Shown here in pieces: positions 1 to 13,310 of a stretch of 64,000 nt of DNA. The stretch is taken from contig CM119372.1 of the NCBI GenBank assembly GCA_051294905.1, positions 6,946,001 through 7,010,000 on the forward strand, read 5' to 3'. A program made the translations under genes and the position numbers. Source of the DNA: Botryllus schlosseri. Its lineage: Eukaryota. The stretch's first letter is position 1. The number at the start of each line of letters is the position of its first letter. The notes under the pieces are model-generated. The model did no database searches and had not been told where the DNA came from. It saw only the letters and a list, made by a program, of their open reading frames with translations.

Positions 1-511
1 TGAGAAGACGAATTTGTCACCCATGATGTTTGTAATGCTAGACACGATGTTATCCATGATGTATGTAATGTCATACACCTCGTTTACGTGATTACTTGTG
101 TGGGCAAATAATCGCGAAGTATACTTGATTTGTGCGATGTCTTGTTATTTTCATGGAGACACAGGTTGTGGCATGTTTACTTGAATATGGTTTATCGATT
201 CAGAGTTGATATCCGGATCCGGTTAATTCTTTCTCGGGGTTTCCGATTTCAAACTGAATGGTGTGGTATGTATTGATCAATAAAGAGCGACACAACGTAG
301 TAAACACGTGTGAGATAAATCACAAGTAACCTGGAGTTGTTTTCCCGATGGAAACATAAATTCCTCGATTTCCGACCGCCGTTATCTGCGTGCCAAACAT
401 TTACCGAAGTCGAGGAGGTGTTTTATTCAGACATTTTGATTCTGGAAAATCCAAAGCACGAACCCGGACATCGCAGACATGTCGAAACCTATTGTCCAAT
501 TTCCAAAACAT

Positions 512-2613
512 CAGGGCTGTGGAGTCGGTAAATTTTACCACCGACTCCGGCTCCGACTCCGACTCCAAACATTTTCAATATTCCGACTCCGACTCCGACT
601 CCTGAGTCTTTAAACGTACCGACTCCGACTCCGACTCCGACTCCTGGGTCTTTAAACGTACCGACTCCGACTCCGACTCCCGACTCCGACTCCAGCATTA
701 ATACCAATTTACATCGAAAATTATATGCCACATTGTCGGTTGAATGACTATCATACAACCATTAAACATATGCAAACATATGATTAACGGTGCATGCTAC
801 ATTGTTTCATTGTGGCACAGCTCGAATTATCCACTATGCAATTAACATGAAAGAAAGATTTGCTAAATATCCTTCCTTTTTCAAATTTTTATAACATGGA
901 CTCTCTAATATCCTGAAATGTATGAATCATTCAAATATGGCAGATATCCAATCTTGTATAATAAAAATGTAGATAAAAAATCCAAGTGTAGCTCTTGTGT
1001 ATGAGTCAGCAACTAATAAAGAGATTTAACCTACTAATTTTGTCATTGCACACTATACTGATTACAAGCACACACACTCTTACTACTAACAAACATTGGT
1101 CATAACTGGAATTTAGTTGAGTAGTCAAATACCATAGGCTATGTCTAGTCTACATGTACTTAATCAAGTATTTAAGGATTGGGACTTGCAGTCTTTCTTA
1201 ATCATTTGTTCGACCCAAACAGCTAAGCTACACAACAAATATTTTTAATTTTGTCAAGTGGGAAGCATCGTTTGGTCATATTTACATCATTTTTACAATT
1301 TTACAAAACCAGTCGATGCATTTGCTCTGTCACAGTATCATGGTATAATTCCGAAAATTGCATCAATTTTGACTGCATCCCGAAAACGCATATTGCGATT
1401 TTCTTCCCCTGTGCAACTGAGTTGTAATTTGCAAGTAATGTCTAATTTTATCTATATCAGGGGTGGGCAACTTTTTCGGCAAAAGGGACACATGATATTT
1501 ACGAACCATTGCGCGGGCAACTGGAATGTTGATAACATTTTTTAGTCGTCCGATAGGAGCGAACCGAATTAGGTAACATTGCAAACAATACCTATATTAA
1601 TACGCTCTAAAATTTATAACAATATGTCATGCAACTGTGCAGTGCGCAATAAGGCCCTGGTCACGCGAGGCGCGAATTTTTTTTGCAAGATAATGGCTGA
1701 ATTATAGCAATAAATATGTTTCTAACATACATTGGGGGTTGCATCTGTATACCACTGGACTCATTGAGCAAGGACAGGATTATGCGACGTTTAGACATAG
1801 CAAAATCGACGGTATCAGTGAACATGCCTCTATCATTTTGTGCAAATGTTTTGTCGACGATCTCGCTGCGAGTGCACAAGCGAAGCCGCATTTTGGACGA
1901 CACGTTATCTCCTAATTGCGATTATAGTTAGACTCAATTCTGTGAATAATATGAATTTATAATTTTCAGAAGGGCGCTCAAATACTGAATGAAAGAATCT
2001 AGTGACAATGAATCATGCGAAGTATCGAGAAAAACTTCAAGTCAAATAAATCTGCTATGAAATATTCTACTTTATGGTCATATACGAAGATCTGGGATAA
2101 ATGTGGCTGGCCCCTGGATACGTCAATGCGTCAGAACTGTTGTTTTAGTCATCATCAAATTTCGCGGTCATGCTAATCAAATTTTGCTTGGCCTTGCAAT
2201 TGTACCTGATGTCATAAATAATTTCGAGAATTAACTCGCAGGCCACACCTAACTTTCTCGTGTGCCAAATTTGGCCTGCGTGCCACGGGCTGGCCGCACC
2301 TGATCTGTATGGTTATTATTAACAGTAATTGGTGGTACATAAAAATTCTATTGAAAATTCTTTGAAAGAAAATGTTTTCATGATGGAGAAGTTGGAGTCG
2401 GAGTTGGAGTCGGAGTCGGAGTCGAAGTCAGGGTCATTCTCACAAACTCCGACTCCGACTCCAGTCAGTATTTTCCCCGCGACTCCGACTCCGACTCCGA
2501 CTCCAGCTGTTATAGTTTTCACGACTCCGACTCCGACTCCGACTCCATCAAGCGAAAATTACACTGAGTCCGACTCCGACTCCACCGACTCCGACTCCGA
2601 CTCCACAGCCCTG
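512..2613. mobile_element. Non-autonomous hAT element with (GACTCC)n subterminal arrays
   Basis: TIR CAGGGCTGTGGAGTCGG ... CCGACTCCACAGCCCTG; exact 8-bp TSD CAAAACAT (504-511, 2614-2621). Confidence 0.9.
1458..2302. mobile_element. Charlie-type hAT MITE nested in the 512-2613 element
   Basis: Ends CAGGGGTGGGCAAC ... GCTGGCCGCACCTG; TSD ATCTATAT/ATCTGTAT (1 mismatch). A related 5' end occurs at ~54953. Confidence 0.7.
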
Positions 2614-2804
2614 CAAAACATACACATCGATGTACAACAGCACATTGCATGCGGGTAACTGAGGATTTCAATGGGATGCACCAGAACAAGTGAATATGCG
2701 ATTACACAAATGTATTGGAGTCGTTGTTGGTGTATATTTTGTCGCTGCCTGTTGTAACAATATACAAAAATATCAAATTGTCCGGTGTTGTTGTCCGTTT
2801 TTAA

Positions 2805-3290
2805 AACGAAAATGGTATTGTTTCCCAGGTAAAAGATAGATTTTCAAGTGAAAACTGTATTGGTACTCAGGTAAATGATAGTTTTCCAAACGAAAAGGGT
2901 TTGTTAGCCAGGGAGAAAATATATTTCTAAAAGAAAATGATTAGTTACTCTAGGTAAAAGTATTTTTCCAAGTGAAAATGATATTTTTACTCAGGTAAAC
3001 GACGGACTACCGAGTGAAAATGGTTTGTTGCTCAGAGAAAAAATATATTTCCAAGCGAAAAAGGTTTGTTACCCGGGGAAAAAATATATTTCCAAGTGAA
3101 AATTGTTTGTTGCTCAGGGAAAAAATATATTTCCAAGTGAAAAAAGGTTTGTTACCCGGGGAAAAATATATTTCCAAGTGAAAATGGTTTCTTACTCTGG
3201 GTAAACGTCAGATCTCCAAAGGAAAGTGATATGTTTAGTCAGGTAAACGATGGACTGTCAAGTGAAAGTGGTAATTTTACATAGGTAAAC
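2805..3290. repeat. Minisatellite, ~12 degenerate copies of a 41-42 bp unit
   Basis: Recurring unit like AAGTGAAAATGGTTTGTTACTCAGGTAAAAATATATTTTCC at ~41-bp spacing. Confidence 0.85.
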
Positions 3291-4562
3291 GTCGTGGGCT
3301 CAGTGTCGTTGGTCTTGTTAAACGTAGCTGTCGAGTTGTACAATATACTTGTCGTGAGTATACTATTACGAAGGGAGAGAATGAAATTGCTATTATGAGT
3401 GCCAGAAGGTTGTTATATGTAGATTTGACAGTAACCCTATTATTCGCATATGACAAACACAATCATGACCATTAACTAACTTGCTCGGTCTCGATCAATG
3501 CAAAAGAGATGATTCGTTTTTTGAAACCGTAGCGAAGACCACATGTAAATCTATGCGATAGACTTCTATCTCCTGACATTCAGTCATGTCGTTTGCATTT
3601 TAATACGGACCCCACATGTATGACATGCACACACTAACGCCGTAAACAGAAGTCGATGATTTTGATTATTAAAAATATTTCTTGACTACATCGGAATGTC
3701 TATGTTGTGGAAAGTAAATACTATTATGGTGTTGTGTGTTTAATGAAAGCGATTGGTTACAAGTATGTTTTGGGAAAATAAAATTTATTTTTCTGTATGT
3801 GGCAGTTTGTGAGGAAATGAAAATAGATTCGTGGTTTTTATTGGATTGTGATTGCACTGTTTTAATGTATGCTTCAACATGGAGACTTGACGCTGAACAA
3901 CAACTCGATACACTAAACAATTTGTCACTGGTGTGCAAAGGGTTAGGAAAATTTTAATACAGCTCCATCTACTGGTTGTTTTGTTGTGAGGACAATCATG
4001 CGATGACTCGGCACTTTTCGGTAGCAAGTAGATTGATCTCTGTGAAAGATGTAGGGACCGTGACTAGAAAACATATGTACTCTGTTGTTGGAGTATCTGG
4101 TTTATTGTTATGACATTGACAGAACCCTCGGGAAGTGGGTATGCTTTTCTTTCACGAAAGTTTACACGACTCCGTTGTAATGAATTTGTGTTAACTAAAC
4201 TTGGATGGATACCGCAATTGTACTCGACTTACACATGATATTCGCATACTGCACGCATACAAACTTTTGTGTAAACAACTCTGATGTTTCTGTTCGTACT
4301 AGATCTGTGTTGAACTATTTGATTATTAAGATACATGAACAACCATTCAAACAATAAAGTTCTTGTGACATCGAAACAGTTTGAAAGCGCCACCAATCAT
4401 TGTACAGGTTCGTAGCATGGGAATATCGAATATTTTCGTGTGTCATGAATATCTTTCTTATACACTTAGTATGAAATGAGATAATAATTAGTGTCCTACA
4501 AAAGTAAAACATGTTGTGTTTGATTGCATACTTTTTATCGTTGTTCGTTGTGGTTTTGAAAG

Positions 4563-5044
4563 ATGGATGAGTTTACATTTACATATAGTAAGCGGAGAAA
4601 CTCAAGTAATAAATTTTACTCGTTTGAAAATATCAATCAATTGAGTAACAGTATCAATATGAGTGGTATATTATTTTTCGCGATATGCAACAAACCTTCT
4701 AAGTAAACTTGTCAAAAATTTATCATGTCATAGTCGGTTGTTACGAATTCGAAAGAAATGTACTTCGATATCACGATGATGGAAATTAAGATCAACGCAG
4801 TATTTCGGAGGTGGGTGTGCATCGTTTGGTATGTTCAGCAATCACTAAATGACCAAAATATCAAACTGTGCATACAACTCGGCTAATTAAACGATAGAGT
4901 TACAAGTCGGATGTAATCTCGATTTACAGATGACAGCTTGATGATATAAAGCTCAACCACTCAAATGTGTTCATTGCAAAGTATTTGACACAAACAAAAT
5001 ATCGAACGAAGAGCAACCACTTGGTTTCATTACCGGGTGAGTGA
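4563..5044 (+). pseudogene. Decayed intronless ORF, weakly BRO-N-like
   Basis: MDEFTFTY...ILFF/RDMQQTF*VNLSKIYHVI...QRSISEVGVHRLVCSAITK*PK; needs one T restored in the run at ~4674-4678 and has several stops. ISEVGVHRLV resembles the BRO-N I(S/N)ESGLYxLI motif, by eye only. Confidence 0.3.
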
Positions 5045-5059
5045 AAATTGTTTTCTGTT

Positions 5060-5298
5060 GGCTAGGTATGATTTGCATTTAGAAAAACGATCTACACCGA
5101 TTAGGTGACACTGTTTAATATCCAGCGAGTGAGTGAAATTTCTTAGGGTTTTGATTTACCGAGTTAATTATCAGCGATGGCCAGGTATGATTTGTATTTA
5201 TAAAAAGCGACCCACACCGATTAGGCGACACTGTTTAATATCTAATGAGTGAGTGAAATTTCTTAGGGGTTTGATTTATCGAGTTAACTACCAGCGAT
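5060..5298. repeat. Two-copy ~120 bp tandem duplication
   Basis: GGCTAGGTATGATTTG...CAGCGAT repeated at 5060 and ~5179. Confidence 0.8.
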
Positions 5299-7299
5299 TC
5301 AATCACATCCAAGTAACGTATTTTAGTGACCGAGTATTGTGACGAATGACAATGGGGAAATTTCCAACTTCTCTGATCGTGTGCGTTACACAATTAGTTC
5401 TATAGTACGCATTCAGTGAACATCATACAAATTGACAACAACTTTCCTTAGTTTGGTTACATGATGACAATTATTCTGGAGGTTCAAATCGACATCGCTA
5501 CTATGAAAGCAATACAAACACATTTTTGTAGATTTCAGTGTAGCACACACTTCGATATTATTGTTATGGGTTTTGTATTAACCAAGACCAGTTGAATAGA
5601 ATCGATCCAGTAAAGATACCTCTATTTACTTTTTGATGATCAAAATCTTAGAGTGTGACCTCGTAATGTTTTTACATTTCACGCATTTTCGACAGAGAGT
5701 GTGAACAGAGTTTAACACAGATTAAATGACACCGCCCCCGGAGCCCAAAGTGATATTTTCGTACTGCGTAATGTGCGTATGTTTCAATTCGATGTCGCAG
5801 ATTCCGACAATAAAGTATTGCACCGGTTGTTAATCAGCAAACGAAATTGTTGTTTCATCTTTAGTTTGGTTACTGGAAACAATTACATTTGTAAAATATT
5901 TTCTGATATCCGCGATACGCAGAGTGATATGTACCAAGGTGGAATAATTTTTTCAATCATGAACATTTCATACACGCATAGTTTTACAACTCGATATGTT
6001 AATAACAACGGTACTGAAAAGTTTGTTGCTGTCATAATAACCTTTACCACAACGCCGGGTCTAATTAACGCGAATAATTTAATAATCAAGTCATGATAGA
6101 CCATTACAAAATCTCATATGTTAAATCGATGTGACAATCCTTATGTTTACATCACGATAATTTTCGACATGATACCGGCGTTCGATTGTAATAAATGAAT
6201 TCTCAACTACGTTGGTCAGAAATTCAAATCTCGTATACTCAAACATATTATGTTAATCTCAAGTCGCCGGCACCGAGAAGCAATTACTTTTGTCTTACAA
6301 AATATACCGCGTAGTAATTTCTTTGTCTCGCGGAATAGTAACGACTTTTACAGTTGAACAAAAAAAGACGAGTTGACGGTATATGCCTAAAACCGAACTT
6401 GCTATGGATTTTGGATTGTGGTGATTACTCGCGTAGTCTTGTCTACTTTTCATAAGGATACTGTTGAGTTGGTTGGGTAAGTTACAAACGGATTGACTTG
6501 ACAAGGTTTTTGTATTTTACTCTTTTGTGTATGGCAAGATGTTAAAATGTTGAGATATCATAGTGATAGTATTTCTGAAACTATCTTTGCCAAACGGAAA
6601 GTTGGATCGCGAATATAGTTGTAATATTTCATTACTTGTTTCAAATCAATATGCGTATAATTTCGAAATGTGACTGGGCGAAAGTTGGTAGTTATGATTG
6701 TCAATCTATTTCAATTCAGACTATGTCAAAGTCCTAATATTTCATTTTGGATTATCTGAATTTACCTTTAGTACACCCCGCGAATGGATTCCGACGCCGC
6801 ACTATAACATTTTTGATAATAAGGACTCAAGGATTTTCAATCAATAATAGACCTACCTGATTTTTTGGTAATGCTAGAGTTGACAAATGATAAGTTGTGT
6901 GTTTTTGTTAAGAGTTTGATTTCAAGTTGATAAAGACAATAACTGTATAATGCACATACTTGTGATTCTTGATTCTTGTAGAGTTATAGTTGGTGTTGAT
7001 TCTATAGGTGTGAAAACAGCGACGCGGAATGTGCGAATAATTCGATCTGGCTGAAAGTCGGCGTCAGTAATATTCAGGTTACGGTCGATTCAAAAGAATT
7101 TCTAAAAGGATCAGAGTTGTACCGAATTAAAACATTAAGATACGAATCAACTTGAGTTGTTTAGTGAATTTCATTTCAAGTTGACAAATTGACACATTAC
7201 TTGTATATTCGCATGATTCTTATCATACAACTAAAGTCGACCACGTTCCGAAGTGTCAAAACATATAGCGACCACCAGAAAGTGTCAAATTGTTGGTTT

Positions 7300-7855
7300 A
7301 CGAATCACCGTCTGCGACGACTCTGTGACAAACTAATTACGGAAATATTACCTTGTGAGCGATCGGTATGTCTGTAACACCAAATCATGAGCGATCGCTA
7401 TGTCTGGAGCATTACCCTGTGAGCGGTCGTAGGATTTTAAAATTATTTCACACCTTTATGAATAAGCGTTCACTTCAAAAAGGATTAGGGTTAGAGCAAA
7501 AATAAGTGACAATTTGTCGCTATTCAAGTTACCGACACTGACGGTCTGTTATTCGTTACTTATTAAATCTTACGAGCGAAATCAAGTTCTGTGACAAACT
7601 GCTTACGAATATTTCACCGTGTGAGCGATCGATATGCATGTAACACCAAGTCGCGAAAGATGGCTATGTCCGAGACATTATCTGGTCCGCGATCGCAGGG
7701 TTTGCAAACTATTTCAAACCTATTTGGAGTGTTAGTTTGTGAGCGTGGTTATTGCTGATATTCGAATCGCCGTCTACGCCGGCTCTGTGGTAATCTAATT
7801 ACCCAAATATTATCATGCAAGTGATTCCTAGATTTAGCAAACTATTTCACACCCT
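7300..7855. repeat. Degenerate three-copy subterminal repeat
   Basis: TCTGTGACAAACT...GTGAGCGATC...ACTATTTCACACC block recurs at ~7320, ~7588 and partially at ~7783. Confidence 0.65.
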
Positions 7856-8059
7856 TTTTGGTGAAAGTACGACATGTCGCCCGCAGTCTATAAACGAAAG
7901 TACGAATCATCGCCGCACCCATAATAATAACGATATATCATTGTCGCACTCACCGTAAACTTTAGGATCAACTCGGACCGGTCATATATAATAATTTGCG
8001 ACATATACATCAGCTAAGAACCAATGACGTCACTATTTACCATACCAGATACATATTCA

Positions 8060-8490
8060 ACACCATGCCGCCGCGCCTATACCCGCAACGTTAGTCAAAT
8101 CATCAACAGTCTATACCCGAAGGGTCACCATGTCACCGCGCCTATACCTGAAAGGTAACCATGCCATCACGAGTTTTCACGGCACCGTGCCACCGCGCGT
8201 ATACCCGAAAGGGCGATTCACGGCCGCACCCATAAGACACAGTAGCCGCATGCCACCCCCGCCATAAGACGCAATAGCCGCATGCCAACTCACCCATAAG
8301 ACATAAGAGCCGCATGCCAACACGAGTTTCGCAGCCGCGTGCGAGCGATCCCTATACTGAAAAGAGTTACCGTGCGAGAGGGGCCATAAGACGCAATAGC
8401 CGCATGCGAGCGGGCCCATAAGACATAAGAGCCGCATGCCCACACGAGTTTCCCAGCCGCATGCGAGCGGGCCCATAAGAACCCCTGCCA
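8060..8490. repeat. GC-rich subterminal tandem repeats (TIR region of the Polinton-like element)
   Basis: Units CCATAAGAC..AGCCGCATGC and CCGCGCCTATACCCG repeated many times immediately before the ACTACTACT end. Confidence 0.75.
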
Positions 8491-9783
8491 CATCACGACC
8501 GATCTATACTACTACTAACAGTGCGCAACCACTCTCCAATATGGTGATAAAACAAACTACTGGGGGGCTTTGCCCCCCAGACCCCCTAGGGCTCTAGGCT
8601 TTTCCCGTACTTATCTTCTACATTGGGTGCCCATTTAGTAGCAGTGTCCCTAAACGCGCGAAGCGCGAAAATTTTATATAGTTCATGATTGCATCGGACA
8701 ATATGATCGAGAATTGCATATATCTTGCTATCAATTTTTATCCTTTCCCTGCTCACATAATCAGATTTACCGGTAGAGCTGATCCAGTGAGGTGTGTTGG
8801 AATAGACATGCCCTCTAAATAATAATAAAACATCTTCGGGCGTACCCGTTGATATAATGACTTCGTTACATGATGCTATTTCGTGACCCCTATCTGCTAT
8901 GTCAAAAGATGTTGAAATCGTCAAAACGTACTAAAGTAAAAGACGTACACGATTTCAAATTGGTATTTCTTAACTGGAAAATAATGTTCCCTGGATATGG
9001 CATTTGTCTTGTTGTGGGACTCGGTTCGCCAGGACAGGAATATTCGGCGCCAGCCATTTAGGCGCCGATGGACATGGACAATCACACATATATTTGTATA
9101 TATCGAAGTTTTCGGTCAGCACCGGGGCAGTCTTTTTCGCCCAAGGTTTTCTCACTGCTGATCGTTCTGGCGCACTTCTTGGAGTCGCATGTTACATAGC
9201 CTTTAACTTCATATGTCTTGGCGCATCATGGTGCGGTAATGGCCTACGCTTAACTATGCCCATTTCTATAAATCATGCGTAATTTTTGTTGGGAAAGTGT
9301 ACCCAATAATCAGATATCTGACAATAATAAAACGCGCGTAGCGCGAAAAAAAAATCCTGAAAAATTCCAAAAAAATTCACCATGATTTATGTTAATTCTC
9401 GAAATAATTTTGGACCCCCATCGAGCTCGGCCCCTCCAATTGGGGGGGTTTGTGTGTGAAAGTTACGGACCTGAGTAAATCTTACGCAATGTTCATGCCA
9501 CGCGGAGAAGACTATTCGTTAGTTTCTCGGAGATTAACTTCGAGCTAGCCCATTAATATTTATAACTTTGTTAAACCATGTTATTTCGCCATTCCCAGAA
9601 AATAATGCGCTATTGAAATGATATCAGTATCGCTCACGCGTACGAGGCCATACTAAAAAAATATCTTCGGTGAGGCGCACGTGATAGTGAATTCCTATTT
9701 CTTCACGTAGCGCAATAGTTACCTTTGTGGGGCGCACTTGTACCTCGATTTCAGACTTCAGTGATAACACTATTTGGCCCTGA

Positions 9784-9963
9784 CAATGTTCCATCCTAAT
9801 TTTCACGAATCTGCGCGCCTGCGTGGTCCATTGGACAACAGTGCGCAACAACTATAAAAAAAACATCATTTCTGATTTTTTGTGCGCAGCGTAGATTTTC
9901 TGTGCGCAGAGACCGTTTCAGCACTGCGCATTTGCGCACGTGCGCAGCTTAGAGGGAACATTG
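9784..9963. mobile_element. Short hAT-like MITE (TGCGC-rich)
   Basis: Imperfect TIR CAATGTTCC..TAA ... TTAGAGGGAACATTG; no matching TSD. The interior AACAGTGCGCAAC also follows the Polinton-like end at 8517. Confidence 0.5.
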
Positions 9964-10547
9964 ATGACAATGCTGTCTGTGGATTGAAGCCAGCCTTATT
10001 CCCCGATTTTTGTACCACCGACACATTGCATGTAATGTCATACACCTCATTTACGCGAATACTTGGTATGGGTATTTAATGTGTGGCTGGAATACGCATT
10101 TTTATTTTTCATGGAGACAAAACACGGGGTGTAACATGTTTACTTGAATATTAGTCGTTGGTTCATACGAAGATATGCACGTCGGAACATAAGAGCCTAC
10201 AACTTGCAGGCCAGATAATGTTGAAATTATGGGGATATACAGACATGTCACATTTATGCTGCCCTAGCTTTATAGTTCCCGACTTCTTTTGGTCTTGAAA
10301 TCGAGCCAATCTTGCCGCTTTTGGGTTGCCAAATAATCTATTATATTAATATGCAGTGTAAAATAACTTACTCTGCACGATAGTCTTCACTCACAGCACA
10401 TGAATTTTAATATACAGCGTCAGCGTCGATTTATAATAGATAATCCAGTCGTGTAGGTACATATAGTTACATGGTAAGCGGTAACCAATATACACGTCCG
10501 TAAAGAGCAGACCTGAGCAAAATGCAGCCCACGTGGGAAGTAAACCC

Positions 10548-10972
10548 TAGTGCGGAGAGGATCGACAAATTCTCTGGTCCGACTCCGATCCGGTTGTTCA
10601 ATTCTCTGGTCCGGCTCCGATCCTGCTCCGGCCGTATCAGGAAAAGTACTGATCCGGCTCCAATCCGGTCCGGCCAAAAATGGAAAAGTCCGGCCAGAAA
10701 TCCGGCCCTACTCGGTACGGAGGCTCCGTGAATTGATAAATATGCCTCGTTTATGTTCACACTGGCTTGGAGGTTACTTACGTGTGGTTGGTTGGTAGTT
10801 ATATAGTTATAAAAGTAATGCTTATCCATAAAGATTCTGACCGGATCAAAAAAGTAGTGATCCGGCTCCGGCCGTAACAGAAAAAGTACTGATCCGGCTC
10901 CGATCCGGTCCGACCAAAATTGTAAAAATCCGGCCGGATATCCAATCCGGCTCCGGTCCATGCTCCGCACTA
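10548..10972. mobile_element. hAT MITE with ATCCGG/CTCCGG motifs
   Basis: TIR TAGTGCGGAG ... CTCCGCACTA; exact 8-bp TSD GTAAACCC. Confidence 0.88.
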
Positions 10973-11304
10973 GTAAACCCACAGGCTGCACAAACAGAGC
11001 CGCAAATGCGTGTACTTTTAAGCCTGCTTTGTTTATCTGTCTACAGCAGGGGTGTCAAAATCAACTTGCGTCGCGGCCGGATTCAAACCTTCGGAACGCT
11101 CGCGGGCCGCACCATTCAAATGATTTCAAATTCTTACCTCGAAATCCAAGTCATTGTGTTTTACTGGAGTAGGCCTACTTTATTATCAGGCATTATATTA
11201 TATTACGGATCATAATAAGGGTTCTATTTTAGCAACAACGTTATTCGCAAACAACGGAATTGGCAAAAATACGATGATTGGCAGATTGAAATAAGAGTTA
11301 TAAA

Positions 11305-12372
11305 CAGGGTTGCCATCGACATGGACCTAAAATAAGGACAGTCGAAAAGGTAGATTAGCATTAAAAAAACGTTTTTATACATACTCTGTGTGAGTTGGTA
11401 TAGCGGTCTATCCCATGCCCTCCAGGTTAATGTCACAATTGCATGGTGCGAAAGAGCGAAACACTCGCCCTCCATAAGCTTCGTTTGGTACATTTGAATT
11501 CTCACTCATAATCGTTAAGAATGCTCATTGATCTTAGCTAATCAGATTTAGCCTTATTAGTAGTAAAAACTATATTTGCAATATCATTTAGATAAATTTA
11601 TCATTATAGCTTGACTACTTTTTAACCCAAGTGTCGACTGCACTGCTCCCTTTTTCACTACACAATAGATGCTGCCTTCCCAACAGTTTATTCTGCTGCA
11701 GACTAAACAGCGAAAACCTGGTACTGGCAAGTCGAAAACAAGGACATTTCTTAAAAATAAGGACAGCCGAGTTTTTTAAGACCTGGCCTTTCAAAATAAG
11801 GACAAATCTTAGAAATAAGGACGCAGACTCGAGTCACGTTTTTCAGATGACTCGACTTGTCTCGCGTCATTTTCTCAAAATACGGAAATGACTCGACTCG
11901 ACTTGGACTCGAGTCATTGCGCATGACTCGAACCAATTCATATGACTCGAGAATCAGACGGCCAAGACCGACGTTTCATTGTAATTTCGAGGAATAGTAA
12001 AGTAATCACACTATTGGGTTTTCGTCCATTGGTACTGGTAGTTGTAAATGCGTCTATAGAAACTGCTGAAGATGACGAAAATTAGTATATTATAAATGCG
12101 AACCATTCGATATCACCAAACAAATTTATACAAAGTGGATTTACCAAGCCTTTAACTGGAAAATTGGCAGTCAACACAATGACTTGGAGTCGACTCGAGT
12201 CATAATACCATGACTCGGACTCGACCCCCTGCTCGGTGATTTGGACTCGGACTTGACTCGGTGTCGAATTGAAAATGACTCGAGTCAAAACTATAAAAGT
12301 GAGATGGACTTGTGATTCAGACCCTTGTGACTTGGTTACAACCCTGTAAGGACGGTATTATTGGCAACCCTG
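11305..12372. mobile_element. hAT MITE (TAAGGAC motifs)
   Basis: TIR CAGGGTTGCCA ... TGGCAACCCTG; exact 8-bp TSD GTTATAAA. Confidence 0.88.
11824..12346. mobile_element. Nested hAT MITE with GACTCGAGTC motifs, left TIR partly deleted
   Basis: Flanked by 8-bp TSD TAAGGACG (11816-11823, 12347-12354); right end GTTACAACCCTG. Confidence 0.75.
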
Positions 12373-12409
12373 GTTATAAACCACTAAAACAGTGGCTCTG
12401 AATGCGATG

Positions 12410-13190
12410 CAATGAAAAGATAGGAAAGTGTCGAAGCGACTTGGCTCAGTCTATTGAATCAGACACCCACCTTGGCCTACGCGACGTAAAGAGGAGGCAT
12501 GCACACTTAATGAAATGTAAAGAAGATAGTGTAGAAAAAGGCAAGTAGCAAAAAAAGGGGTGGCATGTCACGGAAGGCGAGATCGATAGGTCAGTCGTGG
12601 TCCGGTAATGTTGAGGGTGGAATAACATTCACTTAGTAGTAATTGCTTGTATTTCGACTTGAATGTGGACAGGACATGCTCGTCGACTGTCGGATGGCCG
12701 GCGGGATACTGTTCCACACATCGGGTTGATGGAGCGATGATCTTTTCGGTCGATCATATGATATTTGGACGACGTGGACGCGCGTGTGTTGTACTTGTGC
12801 GCTTTCGATTCCGAGGTAAAAAAGTCATTGAAATATTCGGGACAACGACCGCAGTGGAACTGATACATAAACTTGGCGATTTCTAGTTTCCGCATATGTT
12901 TAGGATACCGAATCTCTTCAGCAGCGACTTGTTGGATGGACAGCCAGGCCCCTGTGGGGCCCTAGCAATGATACGGAGAACCTTATGCTGTAGTTTTTGC
13001 AGTGGCTCGAGTGCAGTTTTACTGGCTGACCCCCAACAGAGGATGCCATATTGTAACTTCGACTGGATTAAGGATTTAAAGAGTATCAGAAGAACGCAAG
13101 ATGGTATGAAGCGTTTAAGGCTGTAGAACAGGCCGCACTTCGGTGATAATTTAGTGTCTAGGGACTGAATATGATCCCTTTTTTAAGTCG
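12410..13190 (-). mobile_element. 5'-truncated LINE (CR1/L2 group), ORF2 C-terminus plus 3' UTR
   Basis: Minus-strand translation HIQSLDTKLSPKCGLFYSLKRFIP...FKSLIQSKLQYGILCWGSASKTALEPLQKLQHKVLRII.../KLEIAKFMYQFH...HKYNTR matches the post-RT region of CR1/L2-type ORF2; frameshifted. Confidence 0.8.
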
Positions 13191-13310
13191 TAATCCGCCG
13201 TTAGCTTTGCGTATGCGTTGTGAGGTAGGGGAGATGTGGTACCGATGGATCACATGATTACACTCCGTGAACTTGTCTACAATTGCTTGCTGGCAAAATC
13301 ATTCCTCACA

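Larger units (their letters stand above)
1..8516. mobile_element. Right end of a decayed Polinton/Maverick-like element (runs off the left edge)
   Basis: Ends in ACTACTACT at 8508-8516 (5'-AGTAGTAGT on minus strand, the short tandem terminus typical of Polintons), preceded by GC-rich subterminal repeats (8060-8490) and several kb of intronless, stop-riddled ORF-like sequence. No pPolB, integrase, ATPase or capsid motif was recognised in the window. Confidence 0.55.

Noticed and set aside
390..2658. ORFs with SDSDSD, TPTPTP or GVGVGV runs
   Set aside because: They are translations of (GACTCC)n MITE repeats.
2805..3290. Regularly spaced repeat resembling a CRISPR array
   Set aside because: The whole 41-bp unit is repeated with drift, there are no unique spacers or cas genes, and the context is eukaryotic.
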